Shown: in pieces, positions 1-8,291 of the stretch
Numbering within the stretch: the first letter of the stretch is position 1
Layout: each line of letters begins with the position of its first letter
From: Patescibacteria group bacterium
Lineage (GTDB): Bacteria > Patescibacteriota > WWE3 > UBA101185 > UBA10185
Length of the DNA: 64,000 nucleotides
Direction: 5' to 3'
NCBI GenBank assembly: GCA_049322215.1
Contig: JBMORU010000001.1
Coordinates: 969,759-1,033,758 of the forward strand
Made by a program: the position numbers and the translations under genes
The notes under the pieces: model-generated
The model's database searches: none
What the model saw: only the letters and a program-made list of their open reading frames with translations
What the model was told of the DNA's origin: nothing

Positions 1-638
1 ACTCTATTCCGGAAGGACCTGAAATTGAAACAGCCGAATATAACTTTAGAAAATTAAACTTGCCAGAAGGGCACCCCGCCACCGATTTACAAGACACACT
101 TTTTATCACAGAACCTGACGTTATGTTAAGAACCCATACTTCATCTGTGGAAGCAAGAGTACTAACCAACTATAAACCCCCAATAAGAGTTGCATTTCCA
201 GGTAAGTGCTATAGAAATGAAAGTGTAAACTTAACCAATAGTGCTTTTTTTTACCAATACCAGGGAGTCGTAGTTGATGAGGGTATTACTATAAAAAACC
301 TTATGTCCACATTAGAAGCATTTCATAAGTATTTGTTTGGTAACGAGGTAGAAATAAGGTTTAGATACAAATATTACCCAGAAGTTTCCCCAGGATTAGG
401 TACAGATATTAAGTGCTTATTCTGCCATGGAAACGGCTGCGATGTTTGCAAACACCGAGGTTGGATAGAAGTGTTAGGTAGTGGCATGATTCACTACAAT
501 ACCTTAAAAATGTGCGGTATTGACCCAGAAGTTTATACAGGCTTCGCTTTTGGAATGGGTCTTGATAGATTAGTTATGCAAAAATTTGGCATCACTGATA
601 TTAGAAAATTATACAGTGGTGGAATGATATATGAGTAG
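1..638 (+). CDS. pheS: phenylalanyl-tRNA synthetase alpha subunit, C-terminal part. The 5' end lies outside the window, the frame is open from nt 3, and the listed start at 60 is an internal TTG.
   Basis: Translation from nt 3 reads ...AEYNFRKLNLPEGHPATDLQDTLFI..., which is the PheS class II core motif region, and continues through ...GFAFGMGLDRL... pheT follows immediately. Confidence 0.85.
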   Translation, partial: SIPEGPEIETAEYNFRKLNLPEGHPATDLQDTLFITEPDVMLRTHTSSVEARVLTNYKPPIRVAFPGKCYRNESVNLTNSAFFYQYQGVVVDEGITIKNLMSTLEAFHKYLFGNEVEIRFRYKYYPEVSPGLGTDIKCLFCHGNGCDVCKHRGWIEVLGSGMIHYNTLKMCGIDPEVYTGFAFGMGLDRLVMQKFGITDIRKLYSGGMIYE

Positions 639-816
639 TACAAAAAACATAATAAAAAATTTCATTGTAATAATTTTTCTATGTGGAGTGTTAGTTTTAA
701 TACTGTCGCAAATACCTTTTGTGCAAAATAACAAAATAAATGAATGTGATGGCCTTAGATTTTTTTCATACTGCAAAGGAAATAGTTACGAAGTTACTGT
801 GGAAACATTTGAATGA
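631..816 (+). CDS. hypothetical small membrane protein (61 aa), translationally coupled between pheS and pheT
   Basis: The ATG is preceded by GGTGGA. It overlaps the pheS stop by 8 nt and the pheT start by 4 nt (ATGA). It has one hydrophobic helix, IIKNFIVIIFLCGVLVLILSQI. Whether it is a real gene is not established. Confidence 0.3.
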   Translation: MSSTKNIIKNFIVIIFLCGVLVLILSQIPFVQNNKINECDGLRFFSYCKGNSYEVTVETFE

Positions 817-2747
817 AAATACCTGTTGAATGGTTAAAACATTATATAGAAACCAATAAAAGTACAAAAGATATTGCTGAAGCTTTCACTGCTTTGGGGT
901 TAATGTTAGACAGCCCTATAATTACTATAAGTAAGGAAGGCTATGAAACTGATTTATTAGATTTAGAGCACCGAATGGACAGATCTGATTGGTTATCTAT
1001 AACGGGGTGCGCTAGAGATTTAGCTGCAATGCTAAATGCACCTTTTAAATTTCCACAAACCCATACAGAAAAAGGCAAAGAGGGAGGAGGAATTAAAGTT
1101 ATAGTTGAATGCCCTGACGTAATTAATAGATTTAACACTAGAGTATTTAAAAACATAACTGTTAAAGAGTCGCCTGAATGGTTAAAAAACAGACTAGAAA
1201 GCTACGGTATTCCATCAAAAAACAACATAGTAGATATAACAAACTATGTAATGCTCGAATTAGGGCAACCAATGCATGCTCAAGACATTTCTAAAATGGA
1301 AGCACCAGAAATAGTAATAAGAAAAGCACGGAACGGTGAAAAAATCACGACACTCTTAGGAGAATTAATTGAACTAGATGCAGAGGCCTTCGTATTAGCA
1401 CAAAATGGTACACCTACAGTAATAGGCGGAATTGTTGGAGGAATAGCAACAGCTGTAGATGAAAACACCAAGGAAATAGTATTAGATGCAGGTAATTATG
1501 ATCAAACAAGTATTAGAAAAACTTCTAGAAGGTTAAAAATTCAAAATGAAACAGTGCTTAGATACGATAAATTTTTGCATCCCGAGCTAACAGAAATAGC
1601 CATTCAAAGAGCAACACAATTAATTTTGGAACTAGCCGGGGGAGAATACTACGAAAACGAAGATTGGTACCCAACAAAATTTACTCAAAAACAAATGAAT
1701 TTGCGATTATCACGTATAAAGCAGGTTTCTGGTATCAACTTTGATATAGAAAGAGTAAAAGAAATACTCATAGCATTAGAATATAAGTTACTAGTTTCCG
1801 ATAACGAAAGCCTAACACTAGAAGTTCCATACTTCAGAACTGATATAGAAGTAGAAGATGACTTAGTGGCAGATGTTTTAAGAATAAGCAATTATGCAAC
1901 TATTAAACCCGAGCCAATAATTGCAGCACCACCAAAAGAAATAACTCCAAAAATTTATAAGTTTGAAGAAAAGCTAAGAGACATACTAGTAAATTTAGGA
2001 CTACACGAGCACATTACATCATCACTTGTGCAGGGTGACAGTAATAATACAAAGCAAATTACTCTAGAAAACGCGCTTTCCTCCGAACTAAGTGCCTTAA
2101 GAACATCAATTTACGAAACATTAAAACCTGTGGTAAGTACTTATCAAAAACACAAAAAAGATGAAATAGGCTTATTTGAACTTGGCAACACATATACAAA
2201 GCAAAATGAAAAATTTGTCGAAACAAGAACCTTACAGGTAATTTACAAAGATAATCAAAGTGCAAAATATATAAGTCAAAAAAACAAACAGCTTTTAGCA
2301 GGATTGTTTAACAACTTAGGAATAATAAATTATTCAATTGAAAAACGCGAAAACGAACATGTCATATTAATAAACAACCATGTTGTTGGAAAAGTTGAGT
2401 ATGATTCATTCAGTATAGAAACAGAAAAACTACTTACTGCAGAAAATTCTGGATCTAGAATAGTGAGCGAAATGGAAAACATAATGTACGAAGATGTTTC
2501 TATTACAACTGAGATAACAAATAAGCTTGGCAAAGTTTATCAATACATAAAAAGTTTTGAAGCGGTAACAAGTATTGAGTTAGTTAGTGAATATGTTGCT
2601 AACAAAGAAAAAACCCTTACATTTAGAATTCAACTTGGTAAATTACCGTCAAACACTACTGAAAACGCAAAAGCAGCTAAAGAATCCATTATTAATGGAA
2701 TTTTAGCGGAATTCCCATACATAAGTGTAAAGCATTTAACATATTAA
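813..2747 (+). CDS. pheT: phenylalanyl-tRNA synthetase beta subunit (short form, 644 aa)
   Basis: N-terminus MKIPVEWLKHYIE, B3/B4 region NNIVDITNYVMLELGQPMHAQD, C-terminal FDX-ACB-like TLTFRIQLG...TTENAKAAKESI; position after pheS. Confidence 0.85.
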   Translation: MKIPVEWLKHYIETNKSTKDIAEAFTALGLMLDSPIITISKEGYETDLLDLEHRMDRSDWLSITGCARDLAAMLNAPFKFPQTHTEKGKEGGGIKVIVECPDVINRFNTRVFKNITVKESPEWLKNRLESYGIPSKNNIVDITNYVMLELGQPMHAQDISKMEAPEIVIRKARNGEKITTLLGELIELDAEAFVLAQNGTPTVIGGIVGGIATAVDENTKEIVLDAGNYDQTSIRKTSRRLKIQNETVLRYDKFLHPELTEIAIQRATQLILELAGGEYYENEDWYPTKFTQKQMNLRLSRIKQVSGINFDIERVKEILIALEYKLLVSDNESLTLEVPYFRTDIEVEDDLVADVLRISNYATIKPEPIIAAPPKEITPKIYKFEEKLRDILVNLGLHEHITSSLVQGDSNNTKQITLENALSSELSALRTSIYETLKPVVSTYQKHKKDEIGLFELGNTYTKQNEKFVETRTLQVIYKDNQSAKYISQKNKQLLAGLFNNLGIINYSIEKRENEHVILINNHVVGKVEYDSFSIETEKLLTAENSGSRIVSEMENIMYEDVSITTEITNKLGKVYQYIKSFEAVTSIELVSEYVANKEKTLTFRIQLGKLPSNTTENAKAAKESIINGILAEFPYISVKHLTY

Positions 2748-2759
2748 CAAAATCCATAA

Positions 2760-2772
2760 CCTATAGTATAAT
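2760..2772 (+). promoter_or_regulatory. CCTATAGTATAAT promoter element, copy 1 of 4 exact copies. It is a -10 TATAAT with a CCTATAG upstream extension and a TTAACA -35-like hexamer 17 nt upstream.
   Basis: Exact 13-mer shared with 10378, 11443 and 12606. It lies 70 nt upstream of the ATG at 2843. Confidence 0.5.
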
Positions 2773-2842
2773 ACAGGTATACCAGATCTATTGTTATTGG
2801 CTCAAACCTAATAACCAATAACACAAATATAAGGAGTAACAA

Positions 2843-3040
2843 ATGAAAATTACAAGCAAAAGCCAGTTAGATGAACAAATCGTTGCCGCCCAAAAAGCCG
2901 CAACACCAATGCCCAATTTCACAATTCCTACCAATCCAACGGAAGGACTTGTGGCGGCTACACTGCATACTCTTCAAGTTGAAGCCAAGAGACATGGGTG
3001 GCCTAATCCTAAGCTTCCAAAGATTTTGGGTCAAAAGTAA
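2843..3040 (+). CDS. hypothetical small protein (65 aa), GC-rich relative to surroundings
   Basis: Strong RBS AAGGAG 6 nt upstream of the ATG. It has its own promoter motif and is followed by an intrinsic terminator. No signal peptide. Confidence 0.5.
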   Translation: MKITSKSQLDEQIVAAQKAATPMPNFTIPTNPTEGLVAATLHTLQVEAKRHGWPNPKLPKILGQK

Positions 3041-3063
3041 AGTTTAGAGGCTAGCTTAGTAAA

Positions 3064-3117
3064 CCCCAGATGATTGCATACCAATACCGTTTGCAATTAC
3101 TCTGGGGTCTTTTTTTT
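3064..3117 (+). terminator. rho-independent terminator: stem CCCCAGATGATTGCA / TGCAATTACTCTGGGG followed by T10
   Basis: Inverted repeat plus U-run directly after the 2843 ORF. It lies between convergent genes. Confidence 0.65.
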
Positions 3118-3148
3118 GCTTAAGTTTTACTTTGGCAAAGCGGAAAGA

Positions 3149-5797
3149 TTATTTAGAAACGCGAAGTTTTATGCGCACATCACCTTTACGGCCATCTTCG
3201 TCTTCGGCTACAACATTAAATTCATGCTCGCCAGCCTGCGATTCAGGAAATGTTAAGTTATATCCATATGGCTCAGAAGAATCATCTGCAATTTTTTCTC
3301 CATCAATATAAAATCTTACTTCATCAATATCGTTTGGAGAAGAGACCTCAACCTTTAGTCTAAACTTTAAAGGAACATAGTCACCATCTTTTAAACCAAC
3401 AATATGAACTTCAGGGTTTACATCTTCTTTAAGCTTGCCGTCTTCATATTTAAGTGCTGATTTACTTGTAGGAGGAAAATATAAGTCGTTTCCATTGTAG
3501 TTTTCGCCAACCCAAGCATCTACGTCGTCTTGCCATTCGGGAAGTTCGGCAGTGATTTTAATGTATGTGTTTACTTCAGACTTGTCGGCATTTCTACAAG
3601 AGTCATTAGCTAACTTACCGTCTTTTTCACAAACTTCTACGCTTTGATACCATTCACTGGGCGCCGTAGGTTCGGTACCCTCAATAAACCACTCCTGGCG
3701 GCGAGAAAACTCACCATAGGGAAGTGCTCCCGTTAATTCATCCACTTCAATTTTTTTTACATTTTCAGGAGGCTCAAATTTTTCGTTTTCTTTATCTGCT
3801 AAATACTCACGCATGAATCTATTACCTATGGGTGTAGCTCCAGTTATACCTGATGCTACAAAAGGATTCATTTTGTCATTGTTATTGTTACCAACCCAAA
3901 CCCCTGCCACTACAGAGGGTGTGTATGCCATAAAGTAGTTATCTCGTTTATCATCGGTTGTACCTGTTTTTACAGCAACTTGATGCCCTGGAATATTTAG
4001 CAAACTGCCAGAACCAAAAGCAGCAGAACGAGCACCGTCATCAGACAAAATATCACTCATTAAAAAGGCAACATCTTCTCCAATAACTTGTTGCCCACCA
4101 TTATCTCTCCAACTGTATAAAATATCTCCGCGAGAATTTTTAACTTCTAAAATTCCTGTAGGTTTTCTGTAAACGCCTTTTGCTGCAAGAGTAGAGTATG
4201 CCCCTGTCATTTCTAAAAGCTTAGTTTCTCCGCCTCCTAAAGTTAATGACAAACCATAGCGAGTGGGGTCAGAAAAAGTTGTTATACCCATTGCTTTTGC
4301 TGTATCTATCATAGATTGTATTCCTACAATTTCTAAAGCTTTAACGGCGGGTATGTTCAAAGAATTACCCAAAGATTTTCTAAGAGAAGTAGGACCTTTA
4401 AAAGTGCCGTCATAATTTTCTGGTGTATAAGGCTTGCCCGCATCAGCTTTTTCAAATGTTGTTGGAACGTCTAAAAAGGGGTAAGCAGCAGTATAACCTT
4501 GAGAAAGCATTGTTGCATAAGTAATAGGCTTTATAGAAGATCCAGGTTGCCGGTTAGCTAAAGCAACATTAAGTTGAGGTTCGAAGGTACAACTGTTATC
4601 ACCAGTAATTCCTGAAATACAGCCTTCAGGCTCAGATTCGGCAAAGTAATCTTTAGAACCTACCATAGCCAAAACCTGGCCGGTTTTCGCATCTAAAGCA
4701 ACTAAAGACCCGTTTCCTACATTTAAGTTTTTAGCAGCATCAACTTCTTCTTTTACTATATTTTGTGCCATATCTTGAACATCTAAATCTAATGTGGTTG
4801 TTACCTGCAAACCACCCTGTTCTACCATTTCCTCACCGTATATTTCTACTAATTCATCTCTAACAAAAAATACAAAATGGGGAGCTTTAAAACTTGTTAA
4901 TGCAGTATCAAAAGATAAGTCTACCTGTTTTGCTGCTTCATACTCATCTTTGTTTAAATAATGCCATTGACCGCCTTCTTCCACCCAGCCATTATCAGTC
5001 ATTAAAAATAAAACATAATTTTTACGCTCTAAGCCTGCATTAGGGTCAGAACTGTAGGGTGAATATCTGCTTGGGCTCTGAGGTAACCCAGCTAAGTAGG
5101 CTGCCTCTGCCAAAGTTAGTTCTGAAGGGTGCTTGTTAAAATAAGATTTTGCGGCAGTTAAAATACCATAATTTTGACCACCATAAGGAGTTTCGTTCAA
5201 ATACATTTGAAGTATTTCATCTTTAGAATATTTATTTTCCAGTTGAAGCGCCAAAATAAGTTCTTTTACTTTACGAGAAATTGTTTGTTCTTGAGATAAA
5301 AGTGTGTTTTTTACTACCTGTTGTGTAAGAGTAGAACCACCCTGCAACCCTTCACCTAAAACTATATTACGTGTGGCTCTTAACATACCCCGCAAAGAAA
5401 ACCCTTGATGCTGATAAAATTCAGCATCTTCAGTTGCTAAAGTTGCTTGAACAACATATGGTGAAACATCTTCTAAAGAAACCAACTCGCGATTCTTTTC
5501 GCCATAAACTTCGAAAATAGAGGTTCCATTACGATCGTAAAGCTTTGTTGATAACTCAGCGTCTCTATTAAGTAATCTATCGGGGGTAGGTAAATCTCTA
5601 GAAAATACAGCCAATAAAATAACTACACCTAAAACACCTACCAATATTGAAAACAATGAAAAAGATGCGAGATAAGTTAAATACAATAGTGTCTTAGACC
5701 CCTTATATTTTGTATTAGCTTGAGGTTTTGGGGGTCGGTACGGTGTATACTTTCTCTTTGTTTTTCCACCAAATTTTTTAAAAATTTCCAAAGACAT
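3149..5797 (-). CDS. class A penicillin-binding protein (transglycosylase + transpeptidase) with a roughly 300-aa C-terminal Ig-like extension. The start is revised to the ATG at 5797.
   Basis: TM anchor LLYLTYLASFSLFSILVGVLGVVILLAVF. GT51 motifs EDAEFYQHQGF / GGSTLTQQ. Transpeptidase motifs SSIKP (SxxK), SLN and KTGTT. The listed ORF start at 6166 reads through antisense of the 5922 gene and is not credible. Confidence 0.8.
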   Translation of the reverse strand: MSLEIFKKFGGKTKRKYTPYRPPKPQANTKYKGSKTLLYLTYLASFSLFSILVGVLGVVILLAVFSRDLPTPDRLLNRDAELSTKLYDRNGTSIFEVYGEKNRELVSLEDVSPYVVQATLATEDAEFYQHQGFSLRGMLRATRNIVLGEGLQGGSTLTQQVVKNTLLSQEQTISRKVKELILALQLENKYSKDEILQMYLNETPYGGQNYGILTAAKSYFNKHPSELTLAEAAYLAGLPQSPSRYSPYSSDPNAGLERKNYVLFLMTDNGWVEEGGQWHYLNKDEYEAAKQVDLSFDTALTSFKAPHFVFFVRDELVEIYGEEMVEQGGLQVTTTLDLDVQDMAQNIVKEEVDAAKNLNVGNGSLVALDAKTGQVLAMVGSKDYFAESEPEGCISGITGDNSCTFEPQLNVALANRQPGSSIKPITYATMLSQGYTAAYPFLDVPTTFEKADAGKPYTPENYDGTFKGPTSLRKSLGNSLNIPAVKALEIVGIQSMIDTAKAMGITTFSDPTRYGLSLTLGGGETKLLEMTGAYSTLAAKGVYRKPTGILEVKNSRGDILYSWRDNGGQQVIGEDVAFLMSDILSDDGARSAAFGSGSLLNIPGHQVAVKTGTTDDKRDNYFMAYTPSVVAGVWVGNNNNDKMNPFVASGITGATPIGNRFMREYLADKENEKFEPPENVKKIEVDELTGALPYGEFSRRQEWFIEGTEPTAPSEWYQSVEVCEKDGKLANDSCRNADKSEVNTYIKITAELPEWQDDVDAWVGENYNGNDLYFPPTSKSALKYEDGKLKEDVNPEVHIVGLKDGDYVPLKFRLKVEVSSPNDIDEVRFYIDGEKIADDSSEPYGYNLTFPESQAGEHEFNVVAEDEDGRKGDVRIKLRVSK

Positions 5798-5866
5798 CGT
5801 TGAGTAATTATAGCAATTTAAAACCAATTTTTCATGACTACACACTAGATTACTATGGGGTTTAGA

Positions 5867-5874
5867 TGTATAAT
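5867..5874 (+). promoter_or_regulatory. extended -10 promoter (TGTATAAT) for the lipoprotein gene at 5922
   Basis: TGnTATAAT lies 48 nt upstream of the ATG; RBS AAGGAGAG. Confidence 0.4.
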
Positions 5875-5921
5875 ATAAGGAGTATCGATACTTTCGGATA
5901 GTCATAAGGAGAGTTTGACAA

Positions 5922-6560
5922 ATGAATATTAAAAAATTTGCTGGTCGGGTTTTGCTCATGCTTGCGGTATTGATCTTGATCGGTTGCCAACGACAAGAGC
6001 GGATTTCGATCCTGACCTTTGTTGCAACTTTCACCCCCACACCAACGGTTACGGCAACACCCCTTCCGACTGCAACGCCAACCTTGATCCCGATAGCTAA
6101 TGCTACGGAAGAACCCGAAGCAGTGGCGATTGCAACAACCCCAACAGCAGGCGAACAGGCTTTCATTGACGCCGTTAATGGGTTTGCAAACTCTGAGGTA
6201 GGCGAATGGGTCTTAAGCGACGTTGAAAACCCTCAAGAAGTTACTGGTGACGCTATTATAGGCATTGCCCGAAACATTTTGGCAGCGGTCTACGCCCAAT
6301 TGCAGGAGCAAGGAGCTTTGCCGGAAGACATGCCTACCCTGGAAGATGCATTAGAAGTTTTAAGCACGCCAGAGAAAGCGTTAGCCTTCGGTAGCTGCTT
6401 TAATCCCGCAATCGAATCCTACGAGGAAAATCAAAATGCAGCTGCGCTCGCGGAACAGCTTGCCTACTGCATCGAAAACGTAGACGAATACGAAGGAAAT
6501 CTCGATTTGCGTCGGGCAGTGACAGATTTCATTATCAATCAAATCACAACGGAGGAATAA
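5922..6560 (+). CDS. putative lipoprotein (212 aa; lipobox LIGC; Thr/Pro-rich linker), GC-rich island
   Basis: Signal peptide MNIKKFAGRVLLMLAVLILIGC, then TPTPTVTATPLPTATPT linker. About 52% GC by hand count in 60-nt windows at 5941-6060, against about 27% in a 60-nt window in recG (8301-8360). Confidence 0.6.
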   Translation: MNIKKFAGRVLLMLAVLILIGCQRQERISILTFVATFTPTPTVTATPLPTATPTLIPIANATEEPEAVAIATTPTAGEQAFIDAVNGFANSEVGEWVLSDVENPQEVTGDAIIGIARNILAAVYAQLQEQGALPEDMPTLEDALEVLSTPEKALAFGSCFNPAIESYEENQNAAALAEQLAYCIENVDEYEGNLDLRRAVTDFIINQITTEE

Positions 6561-6561
6561 A

Positions 6562-6675
6562 ATGATTAGCGACAACGCCATGTTGATTCTGATTTTAGTT
6601 ATCATTGTTATTGTGGCACCCTGGGACAAAATCCTTGCTGGTGTTTTTAAACGCAAAGATGATAACGAGAAATAA
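6562..6675 (+). CDS. 37-aa single-TM micropeptide (MISDNAMLILILVIIVIVAPWDKILAGVFKRKDDNEK), co-transcribed with the lipoprotein
   Basis: RBS GGAGGAATAAAATG, 1 nt after the lipoprotein stop. Hydrophobic core plus basic C-terminus. Directly followed by a terminator. It is below the ORF-track cutoff. Confidence 0.4.
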   Translation: MISDNAMLILILVIIVIVAPWDKILAGVFKRKDDNEK

Positions 6676-6682
6676 CTAACCA

Positions 6683-6735
6683 AAGGTCATATGTTATATA
6701 CTTTCAAATCGTATAACATATGACCTTATTTTTTT
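6683..6735 (+). terminator. intrinsic terminator: 17-19 bp perfect inverted repeat AAGGTCATATGTTATATAC / GTATAACATATGACCTT, then T8
   Basis: Read directly from the sequence; it closes the lipoprotein-micropeptide unit. Confidence 0.8.
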
Positions 6736-6878
6736 GCTATAATGCTATTAACAAATTCCAGAAAGAGGCCAGTTTAGACATGAAAGCACTTTTTTATCCC
6801 TCTTCCCGTGTTTTCAGGTCTTTTTTTATTGTTTATCCCACATACAAAAATAGGTAATAATGTTATATACTGCTTTAA

Positions 6879-8078
6879 ATGGCTAAAGTATCTACTAACC
6901 CTGAAAAAATTAATGAAATATTAACTCGAGGAGTGCATGAAGTTTTCACCAAAGAAGACTTAAAGCACAAACTTGAAAGTGGAAAACAGCTGCATATAAA
7001 ACTTGGCATAGATGTTACCGGCCCCTTAATTACTTTAGGGCATGCTGTAGTACAACGCAAATTAAGAGACTTTCAAGAGCTTGGACACAAAGTAACTTTA
7101 ATAGTTGGGGATTTTACAACACTAGTGGGAGACCATTCGGACAAAGTAGACATGCGTGCCGAAACAAACACACAAGAAATAAGTCAAAATGAAAAAACTT
7201 ATAAAGAACAATTTTTTAAAACCGTTATAAAAGAACAAACCGAAGTTAGACACAACTCTGAATGGCTTAAGGACTTAAATTTTAATGATGTTATAGATTT
7301 AGCGCAGCAATTTACAATAGCGCAAATGCTTGATAGAGAAACTTTCATGCTTAGATATAAAGAAAACAAACCAATAGGGCTTGATGAGTTTTTATACCCA
7401 TTAATGCAAGGATATGATTCGGTAGCTTTAAATTGTGATGTGGAGCTGGGAGGCACTGATCAAACGTTTAACTTGCTTGCAGGACGTAAGCTAATGCCAC
7501 ACTTTAATTTAGCCCCACAGTCAGCTATAGCAATGAAGTTATTAACCGGTAATGATGGAAGGCCTATGGGTAAATCATTAAAAAACTACATTCCAGTTAT
7601 GGACGACGCAAACGATATGTTTGGCAAAGTTATGTCTATAGTAGATGAAATAATTTGGGAATATTTTGAGCTTTCAACAAGAGTACCAATGAGCGAAATA
7701 GAAAAGATGCGTAAAGAGGTTGAAAGCGGTGCAAATCCGATGGAGTTTAAAAAGCTTCTAGCTAAAGATATTGTTACTTTTTATCATGGCAACGCCAAAG
7801 CAATAGAAGCAGAAAAACATTTTGAAAAAACCGTACAGAATAGAGAAATGGCTGAAGAAGACATTTTAGATATAGAAACAGACGCATACGCTACTGTGTT
7901 TCAGGCTATTCAAGAGGCTCAGTTTGAAGGAATTTCTAATTCAGAGATAAAAAGAGTAATCGAGCAGGGAGGCGTAGAGTTAAACGGAGAAAAAATACTT
8001 GACCCAAACAGAATTGGAAACTTTAATAAAGGAGATATTATTAAGTTTGGAAAAAGAAGATTTATAAGGGTTAAATAA
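6879..8078 (+). CDS. tyrS: tyrosyl-tRNA synthetase
   Basis: Class I HIGH-like motif (TLGH), KMSKS-like PMGKS, and a C-terminal S4 domain (EIKRVIEQGGVELNGEKILD...). The S4 domain distinguishes TyrS from TrpS. Confidence 0.8.
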   Translation: MAKVSTNPEKINEILTRGVHEVFTKEDLKHKLESGKQLHIKLGIDVTGPLITLGHAVVQRKLRDFQELGHKVTLIVGDFTTLVGDHSDKVDMRAETNTQEISQNEKTYKEQFFKTVIKEQTEVRHNSEWLKDLNFNDVIDLAQQFTIAQMLDRETFMLRYKENKPIGLDEFLYPLMQGYDSVALNCDVELGGTDQTFNLLAGRKLMPHFNLAPQSAIAMKLLTGNDGRPMGKSLKNYIPVMDDANDMFGKVMSIVDEIIWEYFELSTRVPMSEIEKMRKEVESGANPMEFKKLLAKDIVTFYHGNAKAIEAEKHFEKTVQNREMAEEDILDIETDAYATVFQAIQEAQFEGISNSEIKRVIEQGGVELNGEKILDPNRIGNFNKGDIIKFGKRRFIRVK

Positions 8079-8081
8079 TTT

Positions 8082-8291
8082 ATGCTAGATAGGTTATTAA
8101 TAAAAATAGGCTTGAAAAAAAGGGAACCAAAGGTAGTGGTGCTTGCCAAAAAGGCAAAGAAAAAGATAAAAAAAACAGTAAAACAATTATGGAAAAAGGG
8201 TGTCATAAAAAAATTTTTAGTTGTACTGCTTGCTTTAGCTTTTCTTGCCACTTCAGTATTACCCTATGTCATTAGCGCCTACGGGTTTTAA
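8082..8291 (+). CDS. hypothetical small Lys-rich protein with a C-terminal TM segment (69 aa)
   Basis: Starts 3 nt after the tyrS stop, and its stop overlaps the recG ATG (TAATG). No clear SD sequence. Whether it is a real gene is not established. Confidence 0.3.
   Translation: MLDRLLIKIGLKKREPKVVVLAKKAKKKIKKTVKQLWKKGVIKKFLVVLLALAFLATSVLPYVISAYGF

Noticed and set aside
5798-6166. N-terminal 123 codons of the listed 1005-aa PBP ORF.
   Set aside because: This is read-through antisense to the 5922 lipoprotein gene. The translation is low-complexity, and the real start is the ATG at 5797, directly before the TM anchor.
6736-6878. Possible T-box leader or small ORF (MKALFYPSSRVFRSFFIVYPTYKNR) upstream of tyrS.
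   Set aside because: No T-box consensus (AGGGUGGNACCGCG) or specifier-loop architecture was found. The ORF is short and has no RBS.
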